From Nemertoderma westbladi (Eukaryota > Animalia > Xenacoelomorpha): a DNA stretch of 64,000 nt. Location of the stretch: assembly GCA_032718475.1 (NCBI GenBank), contig JAUCBJ010002317.1:1-64000 (forward strand), read 5' to 3'. The notes beneath the pieces were generated by a model. It saw only the letters and a list, made by a program, of their open reading frames with translations, was not told where the DNA came from and searched no databases. Positions 50,401 through 64,000 of the stretch are shown here, one piece after another. Made by a program: the position numbers and the translations under genes. Positions within the stretch are counted from its first letter, which is position 1, and every line of letters begins with the position of its first letter.

Positions 50401-51346
50401 AACGGCGCTGTTTGGGGTTTGGAAACATGGATAGGCTGAAAGAGGACATCGAATTAAGTTGAAAAATGAAAACCCCATCGAATTTGGACAAAGCGTTCCG
50501 GAGTTATAGCGGATCGAAAAAAATTGACCCCCCCCAGTCGCCAAAAATTTACAGTAATTTAAAATTTTGCAAAAAAAATTTTATGCGTTATTTTTGATGG
50601 CGAATCGATTGGCAGTACTGGCTACGAAAAATTTTTTTTGAAATTTTTGGTCAGAAAAAAAAACATGGAAAAAGTATATTTTAACAAGATTTGCCTTTGC
50701 CTATGGTCAGAGAATGATCCAACTCTGTAACTTGGCAATCGCTCAAATCCATTCAGCTGAATGGCACAGTAGAGTAAACTAAAGTAAATTTCCTATACAA
50801 TGTTCTGAAGGGGAGACTGACAGAGAGTAATCAAACAATAAAACATTTTGCAATAATGTTGGCATTAATGTAGCCGATACACTGTATACCTAATAGTCAT
50901 TCAGCAGGGGGAAGAGTTATTCAGCTGAGGCGGTAATAGATTGCAAACTAAACCAACCAGTTGGCAGCCTCATCGATTTATACTAAGCCTGTGTAGAACC
51001 ACAAACTAAATCAACCAGTTAATATTTGCTTTGACAAAGAGTGCAGGGCCTAAACAAACAGTATGGGTGTACTGAATATAATAATCTTGGCAACCTCATC
51101 GATTTATTACTAAGCCTTGTGTAGAAATGCATTACATAAGCCATTTTTCATCACGACACCAGCTGTTATTGGTGTTATTTTACCATTGCGTCTATGGCGT
51201 TTTTTTGTTTATGTCTATTTCTCGAGCCCACGGCTCATGGACGAAATAGCGGAACATACCAGGGACCTTAGAATCGCGGTATCCAGCCGCTGTGAAAATT
51301 TCATCAAAATCGTTAGAGTAGTTTTGGCTGTAGATTAGCCAGCCAG

Positions 51347-51377
<31 letters not shown>

Positions 51378-51479
51378 GCCAACAATTCTTACAGTAATGA
51401 ACCTCTCGGTTCCTAACTAGTGACGGGCCTAGCGGCCCGATAAGGAACCGACTTTTTATTTCAAATAAAAGAGACAAAG

Positions 51480-52155
51480 AGCTTGGCTCGGTCTTGCACG
51501 ATTGGGCACGATTAAGTTCGACTTGGCTTGATCGGCTCGGTTTGGCTCGATTAGGCTCGGCTCGGCTCGGCTCGGCTCAGCTCGGCTCGGCTCGGCTCGG
51601 CTCGGCTCGGCTCGGCTCGGCTTGGCTCGGCCTGGCTCGGCTCGGCTCGGCCTGGCTCGGCTCGGCTCGGCTCGGCCTGGCTCGGCTCGGCTCGGCTCGG
51701 CTCGGCTCGGCTCGGCTCGGCTCGGCTCGGCTCGGCTCGGCTCGGCTCGGCTCGGCTCGGCTCGGCTCGGCTCGGCTCGGCTCGGCTCGGCTCGGCTCGG
51801 CTCGGCCCGGCCCGGCCCGGCTCGGCTTGGCCCGGCTCAGCCCGGCTCGGCTCGGCTCGGCTCGGCACGGCTCGGCTCGGCACGGCTCGGCTCGGCTCGG
51901 CTCGGCTCGGCTCGGCACGGCTCGGTTCGGCTCGGCTCGGCTCGGCTTGGCTCGGCACAGCTCGGCTCGGCTCGGCTCTGCTCGGCTCGGCTCTGCTCGG
52001 CTCGGCTCGGCTCGGCTCGGCTCGGCTCGGCTCGGCTCGGCTCGGCTCGGCTCGGCTCGGCTCGGCTCGGCTCGGCTCGGCTCGGCTCGGCTCGGCTCGG
52101 CTCGGCTCGGCTCGGCTCGGCTCGGCTCGGCTCGGCTCGGCTTGGCTCGGTCTGA
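51480..52155. repeat. (GCTCG)n microsatellite, ~0.67 kb
   Basis: Directly visible. Confidence 0.97.
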
Positions 52156-55100
52156 GTCGACTCCCTGTGCTGCTCGAAGGGCGCAAATACATATATCGAA
52201 GGGTCAAAGCAAAACTCACGTGCTGCTCGAAGGGACAAAGTCAAACAATGTGTCTATTATTTGATGTAATTCACGTGCTGCTCGAAGGGCGCAAATACAT
52301 ATATCGAAGGGTCAAAGCCAAACTTACGTGCTGCTCGAAGGGACAAAGTCAAACAGTGTGTCTATTATTTGATGTAGCTCACGTGCTGCTCAAAGGGCGC
52401 AACTACATATATCGAAACAAGCCCCTGTCTTGTATTTTAATTATATCAGAAATCCTTGCCTTCAGTACAAAATATCTAAAAATTCATTTACCTGAAGTAT
52501 GGGTAACATTATAAATTCGCTTTTCACATAGTAGTTAACTAAAGCAAATACCCTTCAGGTTGACTGAATGATTTTATTAATGTTTGCCATGCATAATGTA
52601 TTATATTTGGGTTCCATGACCCACCCCATTGATTGAACAGCTTTGCTTACATCAGATAGAGAGTAATCCCAAATTAACTTCCCTCTACGAAAATGATTTT
52701 AATTAAATACATACAACATAGCAGTCTACTCTACAGTCAACAGTAGTAGGCCTACACAATAACTAAAATGGCATTCAGCTTACCAGCTATTCGCATTAAG
52801 CTAATAGATATTCGATTTCATTGGATTCAGTGAGTGTGTGAGGGCTATTGGGAGAGCAATCAGCTTATGATGTAATACATTAGAATACCACGGCTTTTGT
52901 TTGCTTACTGTCTGAGTTGTAGAGTGAGGATAAAACTTGGCAGAGAAAGCATTTCCTTGTTAGGTGGCCATTCCTATTGTAATATCATTACTAGGCTATC
53001 TCTATTCATTTTTCATGAGTGCCAGCTGGTGTTTTTATCATTGCGCCTATGGCGTTTTTTCGTTTATGTCTATTTTTCGAGCCCACGGCTCATGGACGAA
53101 ATAGCGGAACATACCAGGGACCTTAGAATCGCGGTATCTAGCCGCTGTGAAAATTTCATCAAAATCGTTAGAGTAGTTTTGGCTATAGATTAACCAGCCA
53201 GCCACCAACAATTCTTACAGTAATGAACCTCCTAACTAGTGACGGGCCTAGCGGCCCGATAAGGAACCGACTTTTTATTTTAAATAAAAGAGACAACGAG
53301 AATTAGTATAGAACTAATAATTATGTAAAAATACAATCATATTTCATACAATAATTATTAATAAATTCGATCTATTATTAGTTGCTCAATTCTAGAACAA
53401 AATCGACCTGCAACTAGTGAAGACCTCGTTTTGGAATTTCGAAACCACGCTGGTGCGATGCGCGATATCGTGTTTAGTTAATAAATTGAAAACTCCATCA
53501 ATTCATGTGCAACCAGTAATAAGAAATCGCGATAAATGTAATTAAATAAAAATTATTCTAGAAAAATTTTCCTCAAAAAGTATGAAGTCTTGGCATTGGT
53601 GACGCGAAACTAGGCTAGTGAGATTCAGGATATTGCGTTTAATATAAAAATCGAAAACGCTATCGAATTCCGTAAAGGCGTTAATAAAATACTGCAACTT
53701 TTTTGAAATTTGTAAAATTCTAGAACTAGAAAAAAATAATTTTTGAACGGCGCTGTTTGGGGTTTCGAAACATGGATAGGCTGAAAGAGGACATCGAATT
53801 AAGTTGAAAAATGAAAACCCCATCGAATTTGGACAAAGCGTTCCGGAGTTATAGCGGATCGAAAAAAATTGACCCCCCCCCAGTCGCCAAAAATTTACAG
53901 TAATTTAAAATTTTGCAAAAAAAATTTTTTGCGTTATTTTTGATGGCGAATCGATTGGCAGTACTGGCTACGAAAAATTTTTTTTTGAAATTTTTGGTCA
54001 GAAAAAAAAACATGGAAAAAGTATATTTTTAAAAAGATTTGATGTCTTTGCCTATGGTCAGAGAATGATCCAACTCTGTAACTTGGCAATCGCTCAAATC
54101 CATTCAGCTGAATGGCACAGTAGAGTAAACTAAAGTAAATTCCCTATACAATGTTCTGAAGGGGTGACTGACAGAGAGTAATCCAACAATAAAACATTTT
54201 GCAATAATGTTGGCATTAATGTAGCCAACTCACTGTGTACGTGACAGTCATTCAGCTTACATTAGCAGAGTGAGATATTCCCATAGATTGCATTGGGAAG
54301 AGTAATTCAGCTGAGGCGATATTAGATTTCAAACTAAACCAACCAGTTAATAATGTTTGCTTTGACAGAGAGTGGTGGCCTATACAAACAGTATGGGTGT
54401 ACTGAGTATAATAATCTTGGCAACCTCATCGATTTATTACTAAGCCTTCTGTAGAAATGCATTACATAAGCCATTTTTCATCACGACACCAGCTGTCATG
54501 GGTGTTATTTTACCATTGCGCCTATGGCGTTTTTTCGTTTATGTCTATTTTTCGAGCCCACGGCTCATGGACGAAATAGCGGAACATACCAGGGACCTTA
54601 GAATCGCGGTATCTAGCCGCTGTGAAAATTTCATCAAAATCGTTAGAGTAGTTTTGGCTGTAGATTAGTCAGTCAGTCAGTCAGTCAGCCAGCCAGCCAG
54701 CCAGTCTCGAGCAATTCTTACAGTAATGAACCTCTCGGTTCCTAACTAGTGACGGGCCTAGCGGCCCGATAAGGAACCGACTTTTTATTTTAAATAAGAG
54801 ACAACGAGAATTAGTATAGAACTAATAATTATGTAAAAATACAATCATATTTCATACAATAATTATTAATAAATTCGATCTATTATTAGTTGCTCAATTC
54901 TAGAACAAAATCGACCTGCAACTAGTGAAGACCTCGTTTTGGAATTTCGAAACCACGCTGGTGCGATGCGCGATATCGTGTTTAGTTAATAAATTGAAAA
55001 CTCCATCAATTCATGTGCAACCAGTAATAAGAAATCGCGATAAATGTAATTAAATAAAAATTATTCTAGAAAAATTTTTCTCAAAAAGTATGAAGTCTTG

Positions 55101-58100
55101 GCGTTGGTGACGCGAAACTAGGCTAGTGAGATTCAGGATATTGCGTTTAATATAAAAATCGAAAACGCTATCGAATTCCGTAAAGGCGTTAATAAAATAC
55201 TGCAACTTTTTTGAAATTTGTAAAATTCTAGAACTAGAAAAAAATAATTTTTGAACGGCGCTGTTTGGGGTTTCGAAACATGGATAGGCTGAAAGAGGAC
55301 ATCGAATTAAGTTTAAAAATGAAAACCCCATCGAATTTGGACAAAGCGTTCAGGAGTTATAGCGGATCGAAACAAATGTACCCCCCCCCCCAGTCGCCAA
55401 AAATTTACAGTAATTTAAAATTTTGCAAAAAAAATTTTTGCGTTATTTTTGATGGCGAATCGATTGGCAGTACTGGCTACGAAATTTTTTTTTTGAAATT
55501 TTTGGTCAGAAAAAAAAACATGGAAAAAGTATATTTTTAAAGTCAGAGAATGATCCAACTCTGTAACTTGGCAATCGCTCAAATCCATTCAGCTGAATGG
55601 CACAGTAGAGTAAACTAAAGGAAATTCCCTATACAATGTTCTGAAGGGGAGACTGACAGAGAGTAATTCAACAATAAAACATTTTGCAATAATGTTGGCA
55701 TTAATGTAGCCAACACACTGTGTACTTAAGTCATTCAGCTTACATTAGCAGAGGGAGAAACTTGGATACTCAACTAGAATGCATTGGGAAGAGTTATTCA
55801 GCTGAGGCAATAATAGATTTCAAACTAAACCAACCAGTTTATATTTGCTTTGACAGGGCCTAAACAAACAGTATGGGTGTACTAAGTACAATAATCTTGG
55901 CAACCTCATCGATTTATACTAAGCCTTGTGTAGAAATCCATTACATAAGCCATTTTTCATCGCGACACCAGCTGTTATTGGTGTTATTTTACCATTGCGC
56001 TAATGGCGTTTTTTCGTTTATGTTTATTTTTCGAGCCCACGGCTCATGGACGAAATAGCGGAACATACCAGGGACCTTAGAATCGCGGTATCTAGCCGCT
56101 GTGAAAATTTCATCAAAATCGTTAGAGTAGTTTTGGCTGTAGATCAGTCAGTCAGTCAGTCAGTCAGTCAGTCAGTCAGTCAGTCAGCCACAAGCAATTC
56201 TTACAGTAATGAACCTCTCGGTTCCTAACTAGTGACGGGCCTAGCGGCCCGATAAGGAACCGACTTTTTATTTTAATTTAAAAGAGACAACGAGAATTAG
56301 TATAGAACTAATAATTATGTAAAAATACAATCATATATCATACAATAATTATTTATAAATTTGATCTATTATTATTTGCTCAATTCTAGAACAAAATCGA
56401 CCTGCAACTAGTGAAGACCTCGTTTTGGAATTTCGAAACCACGCTGGTGCGATGCGCGATATCGTGTTTAGTTAATAAATTGAAAACTCCATCAGTTCAT
56501 GTGCAACCAGTAATAAGAAATCGCGATAAATGTTATTAAATAAAAATTATTCTAGAAAAATTTTCCTCAAAAAGTATGAAGTCTTGGCATTGGTGACGCG
56601 AAACTAGGCTAGTGAGATTCAGGATATTGCGTTTAATATAAAAATCGAAAACGCTATCGAATTCCGTAAAGGCGTTAATAAAATACTGCAACTTTTTTGA
56701 AATTTGTAAAATTCTAGAACTAGAAAAAATTAATTTTTGAACGGCGCTGTTTGGGGTTTCGAAACATGGATAGGCTGAAAGAGGACATCGAATTAAGTTG
56801 AAAAATGAAAACCCCATCGAATTTGGACAAAGCGTTCCGGAGTTATAGCGGATCGAAAAAAATTGACCCCCCCCAGTCGCCAAAAATTTACAGTAATTTA
56901 AAATTTTTGAAAAAAAATTTTTTGCGTTATTTTTGATGGCGAATCGATTGGCAGTACTGGCTACAAAAATTTTTTTTTTGAAATTTTTTGTCAGAAAAAA
57001 AAACATGGAAAAAGTATATTTTTAAAAAGATTTCATGTCTTTGCCTATGGTCCGAGAATGATCCAACTCTGTAACTTGGCAATCGCTCAGAGTATCAGTA
57101 TAAGGCTGAGTAAACATTCCACCTTATAAGCATAAAGCCTCCACAGTATTAATGTTGGCATTAATGTAGCCGATACACTGTATACCTAATAGTCATTCAG
57201 CAGGGGGAAGAGTTATTCAGCTGAGGCGGTAATAGATTGCAAACTAAACCAACCAGTTGGCAGCCTCATCGATTTATACTAAGCCTGTGTAGAACCACAA
57301 ACTAAATCAACCAGTTAATATTTGCTTTGACAGAGTGTCCTAGGGCTTAAACAAACAGTATGGGTGTACTGAGTACAATACTGTAATCTTGGCAACCTCA
57401 TCGATTTATACTAAGCCTTGTGTAGAAATCCATTACATAAGCCATTTTTCATCACGACACCAGCTGTTATTGGTGTTATTTTACCATTGCGCCTAAGGCG
57501 TTTTTTCGTTTATGTCTATTTTTCGAGCCCACGGCTCATGGACGAAATAGCGGAACATACCAGGGACCTTAGAATCGCGGTATCTAGCCGCTGTGAAAAT
57601 TTCATCAAAATCGTTAGAGTAGTTTTGGCTATAGATTAACCAGCCAGCCACCAACAATTCTTACAGTAATGAACCTCTCGGTTCCTAACTAGTGACGGGC
57701 CTAGCGGCCCGATAAGGAACCGACTTTTTATTTTAAATAAAAGAGACAACGAGAATAAATATAGAACTAATCATTATGTAAAAATACAATCATATTTCAT
57801 ACAATAATTATTAATAAATTCAATCAATTATTAGTTGCTCAATTCTAGAACAAAAACGACATGCAACTAGTGAAGACCTCGTTTTGGAATTTCGAAACCA
57901 CGCTGGTGCGATGCGCGATATCGTGTTTAGTTAATAAATTGAAAACTCCATCAATTCATGTGCAACCAGTAATAAGAAATCGCGATAAATGTAATTAAAT
58001 AAAAATTATTCTAGAAAAATTTTCCTCAAAAAGTATGAAGTATTGGCATTGGTGACGCGAAACTAGGCTAGTGAGATTCAGGATATTGCGTTTAATATAA

Positions 58101-61100
58101 AAATCAAAAACGCTATCAAATTCCGTAAAGGCATTAATAAAATACTGCAACTTTTTTGAAATTTGTAAAATTCTAGAACTAGAAAAAATTAATTTTTGAA
58201 CGGTGCTGTTTGGGGTTTCGAAAAATGAATAGGCCTAAAGAGGACGTCGAATTAAGTTGAAAAATAAAAACCCCATCGAATTTGGACAAAGCGTTCCGGA
58301 GTTATAGCGGATCGAAAAAAATTGACCCCCCCCCCAGTCGCCAAAAATTTACAGTAATTTAAAATTTTGCAAAAAAAATTTTTTGCGTTATTTTTGATGG
58401 CGAATCGATTGGCAGTACTGGCTACAAAAAATTTTTTTTGAAATTTTTGGTCAGAAAAAAAAACATGGAAAAAGTATCTTTTTAAAAAGATTTGATGTCT
58501 TTGCCTATGGTCAGAGAATGATCCAACTCTGTAACTTGGCAATCGCTCAAATCCATTCAGCTGAATGGCACAGTAGAGTAAACTAAAGTAAATTCCCTAT
58601 ACAATGTTCTGAAGGGGAGACTGACAGAGTAATCCAACAATAAAACATTTTGCAATAATGTTGGCATTAATGTAGCCAACACACTACTGCATACTAAACC
58701 GTCATTCAGCTTACATTAGCAGAGGGAGAAACTTGGATACTCAACTAGAATGCATTGGGAAGAGTTATTCAGCTGAGGCAATAATAGATTTCAAACTAAA
58801 CCAACCAGTTTATATTTGCTTTGACAGGGCCTAAACAAACAGTATGGGTGTACTGAGTACAATAATCTTGGCAACCTCATCGATTTATACTAAGCCTTGT
58901 GTAGAAATCCATTACATAAGCCATTTTTCATCACGACACCAGCTGTTATTGGTGTTATTTTACCATTGCGCCTATGGCGTTTTTTCGTTTATGTCTATTT
59001 TTCGAGCCCACGGCTCATGGACGAAATAGCGGAACATACCAGGGACCTTAGAATCGCGGTATCCAGCCGCTGTGAAAATTTCATCAAAATCGTTAGAGTA
59101 GTTTTGGCTATAGATTAGCCAGTCAGCCAGTCAATCAGCCAACAATTCTTACAGTAATGAACCTCTCGGTTCCTGACTAGTGACGGGCCTAGCGGCCCGA
59201 TAAGGAACCGACTTTTTATTTCAAATAAAAGAGACAACGAGAATTAGTATAAAACTAATAATTATGTAAAAATACAATCATATTTTATACAATAAATATT
59301 AATAAATTCGATTTATTATTAGTTGCTCAATTCTAGAACAAAATCGACCTGCAACTAGTGAAGACCTCGTTTTGGAATTTAGAAACCACGCTGGGGCGAT
59401 GCGCAATTTCGTGTTTAGTTAATAAAGTGAAAACTCCATCAATTCATGTGCAACCAGTAATACGAAATTGCGATAAATGTAATTTGAATAAAAATTATTC
59501 TAGAAAAATTTTCCTCAAAAAGTATGAAGTCTTGGCATTGGTGACGCGAAACTAGGCTAGTGAGATTCAGGATATTGCGTTTAATATAAAAATCGAAAAC
59601 GCTATCGAATTCCGTAAAGGCGTTAATAAAATACTGCAACTTTTTTGAAATTTGTAAAATTCTAGAACTATAAAAAAATAATTTTTGAACGGCGCTGTTT
59701 GGGGTTTCGAAACATGGATAGGCTGAAAGAGGACATCGAATTAAGTTGAAAAATTAAAACCCCATCGAATTTGGACAAAGCGTTCCGGAGTTATAGCGGA
59801 TCGAAAAAAATTGACCCCCCCCAGTCGCCAAAAATTTACAGTAATTTAAAATTTTGCAAAAAAAATTTTTTGCGTTATTTTTGATGGCGAATCGATTGGC
59901 AGTACTGGCTACAAAAATTTTTTTTTGAAATTTTTGGTCAGAAAAAAAAACATGGAAAAAGTATATTTTTTAAAAGATTTGATGTCTTTGCATATGGTCA
60001 GAGAATGATCCAACTCTGTAACTTGGCAATCGCTCAAATCCATTCAGCTGAATGGCACAGTAGAGTAAACTAAAGTAAATTCCCTATACAATGTTCTGAA
60101 GTGGAGACTGACAGAGAGTAATCCAACAATAAAACATGTTGCAATAATGTTGGCATTAATGTAGCCAACTCACTGTGTACTTAACAGTCATTCAGCTTAC
60201 ATTAGCAAAGTGAGATATTTCCATAGATTGCATTGGGAAGAGTAATTCAGCTGAGGCGATAATAGATTTCAAACTAAACCAACCACCAGTCAATGTTTGC
60301 TTTGACAGAGAGTGCAGGGCCTAAACAAACAGTATAGGTGTACTAAGTACAATAATCTTGGCAACCTCATCGATTTATACTAAGCCTTGTGTAGAAATCC
60401 ATTACATAAGCCATTTTTCATCATGACACCAGCTGTTATTGGTGATATTTTACCATTGCGCCTATGGCGTTTTTGCGTTTATGTCTATTTTTCGAGCCCA
60501 CGGCTCATGGACGAAATAGCGGAACATACCAGGGACCTTAGAATCCGGTCAGCCAGCCGATGTGAAAATTTCATCAAAATCGTTAGAGTAGTTTTGGCTA
60601 TAGATTAACCAGCCAGCCAGCCAGTCAATCAGCCAACAATTCTTACAGTAATGAACCTCTCGGTTCCTAACTAGTGACGGGCCTAGCGGCCCGATAAGGA
60701 ACCGACTTTTTATTTCAAATAAAAGAGACAACGAGAATTATTATAGAACTAATAATTATGTAAAAATACAATCATATTTCATACAATAATTATTAATAAA
60801 TTCGATCTATTATTAGTTACTCAATTCTAGAACAAAATCGACCTGCAACTAGTGAAGACCTCGTTTTGGAATTTCGAAACTACGCTGGTGCGATGCGCGA
60901 TATCGTGTTTAGTTAATAAATTGAAAACTCCATCAATTCATGTGCAACCAGTAATAAGAAATCGCGATAAATGTAATTAAATAAAAATTATTCTAGAAAA
61001 ATTTTCCTCAAAAAGTATGAAGTCTTGGCGTTGGTGACGCGAAACTAGGCTAGTGAGATTCAGGATATTGCGTTTAATATAAAAATCGAAAACACTATCG

Positions 61101-62101
61101 AATTCCGTAAAGGCGTTAATAAAATACTGCAACTTTTTTGAAATTTGTAAAATTCTAGAACTGGAAAAAATTAATCTTTGAACGGCGCTGTTTGGTGTTT
61201 GGAAACATGGATAGGCTGAAAGAGGACATCGAATTAAGTTGAAAAATGAAAACCCCATCGAATTTGGACAAAGCGTTCCGGAGTTATAGCGGATCGAATA
61301 AAATTTACCCCCCCCAGTCGCCAAAAATTTACAGTAATTTAAATTTTTGCAAAAAAAATTTTTTGCGTTATTTTTGATGGCGAATCGATTGGCAGTACTG
61401 GCTACGAAAAATTTTTTTTTGAAATTTTTGGTCAGAAAAAAAAACATGGAAAAAGTATATTTTTAAAAAGATTTGATGTCTTTGCCTATGGTCAGAGAAT
61501 GATCCAACTCTGTAACTTGGCAATCGCTCAAATCCATTCAGTTGAATGGCACAGTAGAGTAAACTAAAGTAAATTCCCTATACAATGTTCTGAAGGGGTG
61601 ACTGACAGAGAGTAATCCAACAATAAAACATTTTGCAATAATGTTGGCATTAATGTAGCCAACTCACTGTGTACGTAACAGTCATTCAGCTTACATTAGC
61701 AGAGTGAGATATTCCCATAGATGCATTGGGAAGAGTAATTCAGCTGAGGCGATATTAGATTTCAAACTAAACCAACCAGTTAATAATGTTTGCTTTGACA
61801 GAGAGTGGTGGCCTATACAAACAGTATGGGTGTACTGAGTATAATAATCTTGGCAACCTCATCGATTTATTACTAAGCCTTCTGTAGAAATGCATTACAT
61901 AAGCCATTTTTCATCAGGACACCAGCTGTTATTGGTGTTATTTTACATTGCGCCTATGGCGTTTTTTCGTTTATGTCTATTTTTTGAGCCCATGGCTCAT
62001 GGACGAAATAGCGGAACATACCAGGGACCTTAGAATCGCGGTATCTAGACGCTGTGAAAATTTCATCAAAATCGTTAGAGTCGTTTTGGCTGTAGATTAG
62101 C

Positions 62102-62140
<39 letters not shown>

Positions 62141-64000
62141 TCAACAATTCTTACAGTAATGAACCTCTCGGTTCCTAAATAGGGGTTAATCATACTAGTG
62201 ACGGGCCTAGCGGCCCGATAAGGAACCGACTTTTTATTTTATTAAATAAAAAGGACAACGAGAATTAGTATAGAACTAATAATTATGTAAAAATACAATC
62301 ATATTTCATACAATAATTATTAATAAATTCGATCTATTATTAGTTGCTCAATTCTAGAACAAAATCGACATGCAACTAGTGAAGAACTCGTTTTGGAATT
62401 TCGAAACCACGCTGGTGCGATGCGCGATATCGTGTTTAGTTAATAAATTGAAAACTCCATCAATTCATGTGCAACCAGTAATAAGAAATCGCGATAAATG
62501 TAATTAAATAAAAATTATTCTAGAAAAATTTTCTTCAAAAAGTATGAAGTCTTGGCGTTGGTGACGCGAAACTAGGCTAGTGAGATTCAGGATATTGCGT
62601 TTAATATAAGAATCGAAAACGCTATCGAATTCCGTAAAGGCGTTAATAAAATACTGCAACTTTTTTGAAATTTGTAAAATTCTAGAACTAGAAAAAATTA
62701 AATTTTGAACGGCGCTGTTTGGGGTTTCGAAACATGGATAGACTGAAAGAGGACATCGAATTAAGTTGAAAAATAAAAACCCCATCGAATTTGGACAAAG
62801 CGTTCCGGAGTTATAGCGGATCGAAAAAAATTGACCCCCCCCATTCGCCAAAAATTTACAGTAATTTAAAATTTTGCAAAAAAAATTTTTTGCGTTATTT
62901 TTGATGGCGAATCGATTGGCAGTACTGGCTACGAAAATTTTTTTTTGAAATTTTTGGTCAGTAAAAAAAACATGGAAAAATTATATTTTTAAAAAGATTT
63001 GTCTTTGCCTATGGTCAGAGAATGATCCAACTCTGTAACTTGGCAATCGCTCAAATCCATTCAGCTGAATGGCACAGTAGAGTAAACTAAAGTAAATTCC
63101 CTATAGAATGTTCTGAAGGGGAGACTGACAGAGAGTAATCCAACAATAAAACATTTTGCAATAATGTTGGCATTAATGTAGCCAACACACTGTGTACATA
63201 AGTCATTCAGCTTACATTAGCAGAGGGAGTAACTTGTAGGTATTCCCATAGAATGCATTGGGAAGAGTAATTCAGCTGAGGCGATAATAGATTTCAAACT
63301 AAATCAACCAGTTAATATTTGCTTTGACAGAGTGTCCTAGGGCCTAAACAAACAGTATGGGTGTACTAAGTACAATAATATTGGCAACCTCATCGATTTA
63401 TACTAAGCCTTGTGTAGAAATCCATTACATAAGCCATTTTTCATCACGACACCAGCTGTTATTGGTGTTATTTTACCATTGCGCCTATGGCGTTTTTTCG
63501 TTTATGTCTATTTTTCGAGCCCACGGCTCATGGACGAAATAGCGGAACATACCAGGGACCTTAGAATCGCAGTATCTAGCCGCTGTGAGAATTTCATCAA
63601 AATCGTTAAGAGTAGTTTTGGCTATAGATTAGCCAGTCAGCCAGCCAGTCAGCTAACAATTCTTACAGTAATGAACCTCTCGGTTCCTAATAAACAGCTG
63701 TGTAAATAAGTAACTTTAATACATTTAAATTGTGCCTTTATACCCCCCGACAATATAGAACGGCGGGGAATTAAATTTAACTTTATAGCGAACTTTATAG
63801 GAAAGGTGAATAAAGTAATAAAGAACCTTCAAAACATTGTTATACAAACATACAAAGGTGAAGTTTTTGGGCGGTGGGAAAATATCGCCACTTATGTTCA
63901 TTGTATTAAACAGTTATCGTTTGTTAAATCGTAACCAAGTAATGATTTATAATTTTGAGCATTGTCCCACAATTAAAAAAGGAAATATACATGAACTAAT

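Larger units (their letters stand above)
29350..63690 (-). mobile_element. Tandem array of ~20 non-autonomous Helitron2/Helentron-type (HINE-like) elements, units 1.1-2.8 kb (mostly ~1.5 kb)
   Basis: Unit on minus strand: 5' TTAGGAACCGAGAGGTTC (hairpin + ATIR), (CTGA/CTGG)n microsatellite, body, then TCGGTTCCTTA ATIR, hairpin CGGGCC-GCTA-GGCCCG and TCA-CTAG 3'. CTAG junctions on + at 29350, 30837, 32094, 33575, 35778, 38541, 43171, 44676, 46173, 48421, 49903, 51417, 53236, 54746, 56229, 57689, 59177, 60671 and 62195. No Rep/helicase ORF. Confidence 0.88.

Noticed and set aside
33513-52264. ARLGS/AEPSR repeat ORFs
   Set aside because: Translations of (GCTCG)n, open in most frames for compositional reasons.
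29659-62851. Recurrent 93-181-aa minus-strand ORFs (GGGQFFSIRYNSG..) and 61-99-aa plus-strand ORFs in array units
   Set aside because: No HUH/Rep or helicase motifs, F/K/N-rich from homopolymers, and frameshifted by homopolymer length changes among copies.
63686-63690. TTAGG at unit 5' ends resembling the arthropod telomere repeat
   Set aside because: Single copy, part of the ATIR, and replaced by TTAGC or TCAGG in other units.
63735-63775. TTATACCCCCG..CGGGG hairpin resembling a DINE-1 5' end
   Set aside because: No matching microsatellite or 3' end visible before the window ends.

Overview
AT-rich, repeat-dominated eukaryotic (most likely invertebrate animal) genomic DNA; no prokaryotic features and no CRISPR. 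Only one intact protein-coding gene is supportable: a two-exon achaete-scute class b (ASCL3/4/5-like) bHLH gene on the minus strand (28515-28277 + 27756-27576, 139 aa), which the ORF track only half shows. About 0.6 kb upstream of its TATA box begins a 34.3-kb array (29350-63690) of ~20 head-to-tail non-autonomous Helitron2/Helentron-type (HINE-like) elements. These units have precise CTAG-T-TAGG junctions, two co-varying sets of terminal hairpin/asymmetric inverted-repeat signals, interchangeable internal modules, (GCTCG)n expansions and one DUP-INV-DUP rearrangement. The left half holds a hammerhead-ribozyme-like motif inside a Penelope-type inverted repeat, a 5-bp-TSD DNA transposon with a nested HINE, a 27-bp minisatellite, CR1/L2 and RTE LINE fragments and an 81-bp satellite. 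It also holds nested foldback elements rich in RFX X-box-like motifs, an orphan alpha-tubulin C-terminal tail fragment and apparent TA-type transposon excision footprints. All calls are from reading the sequence by eye; no database searches were run.
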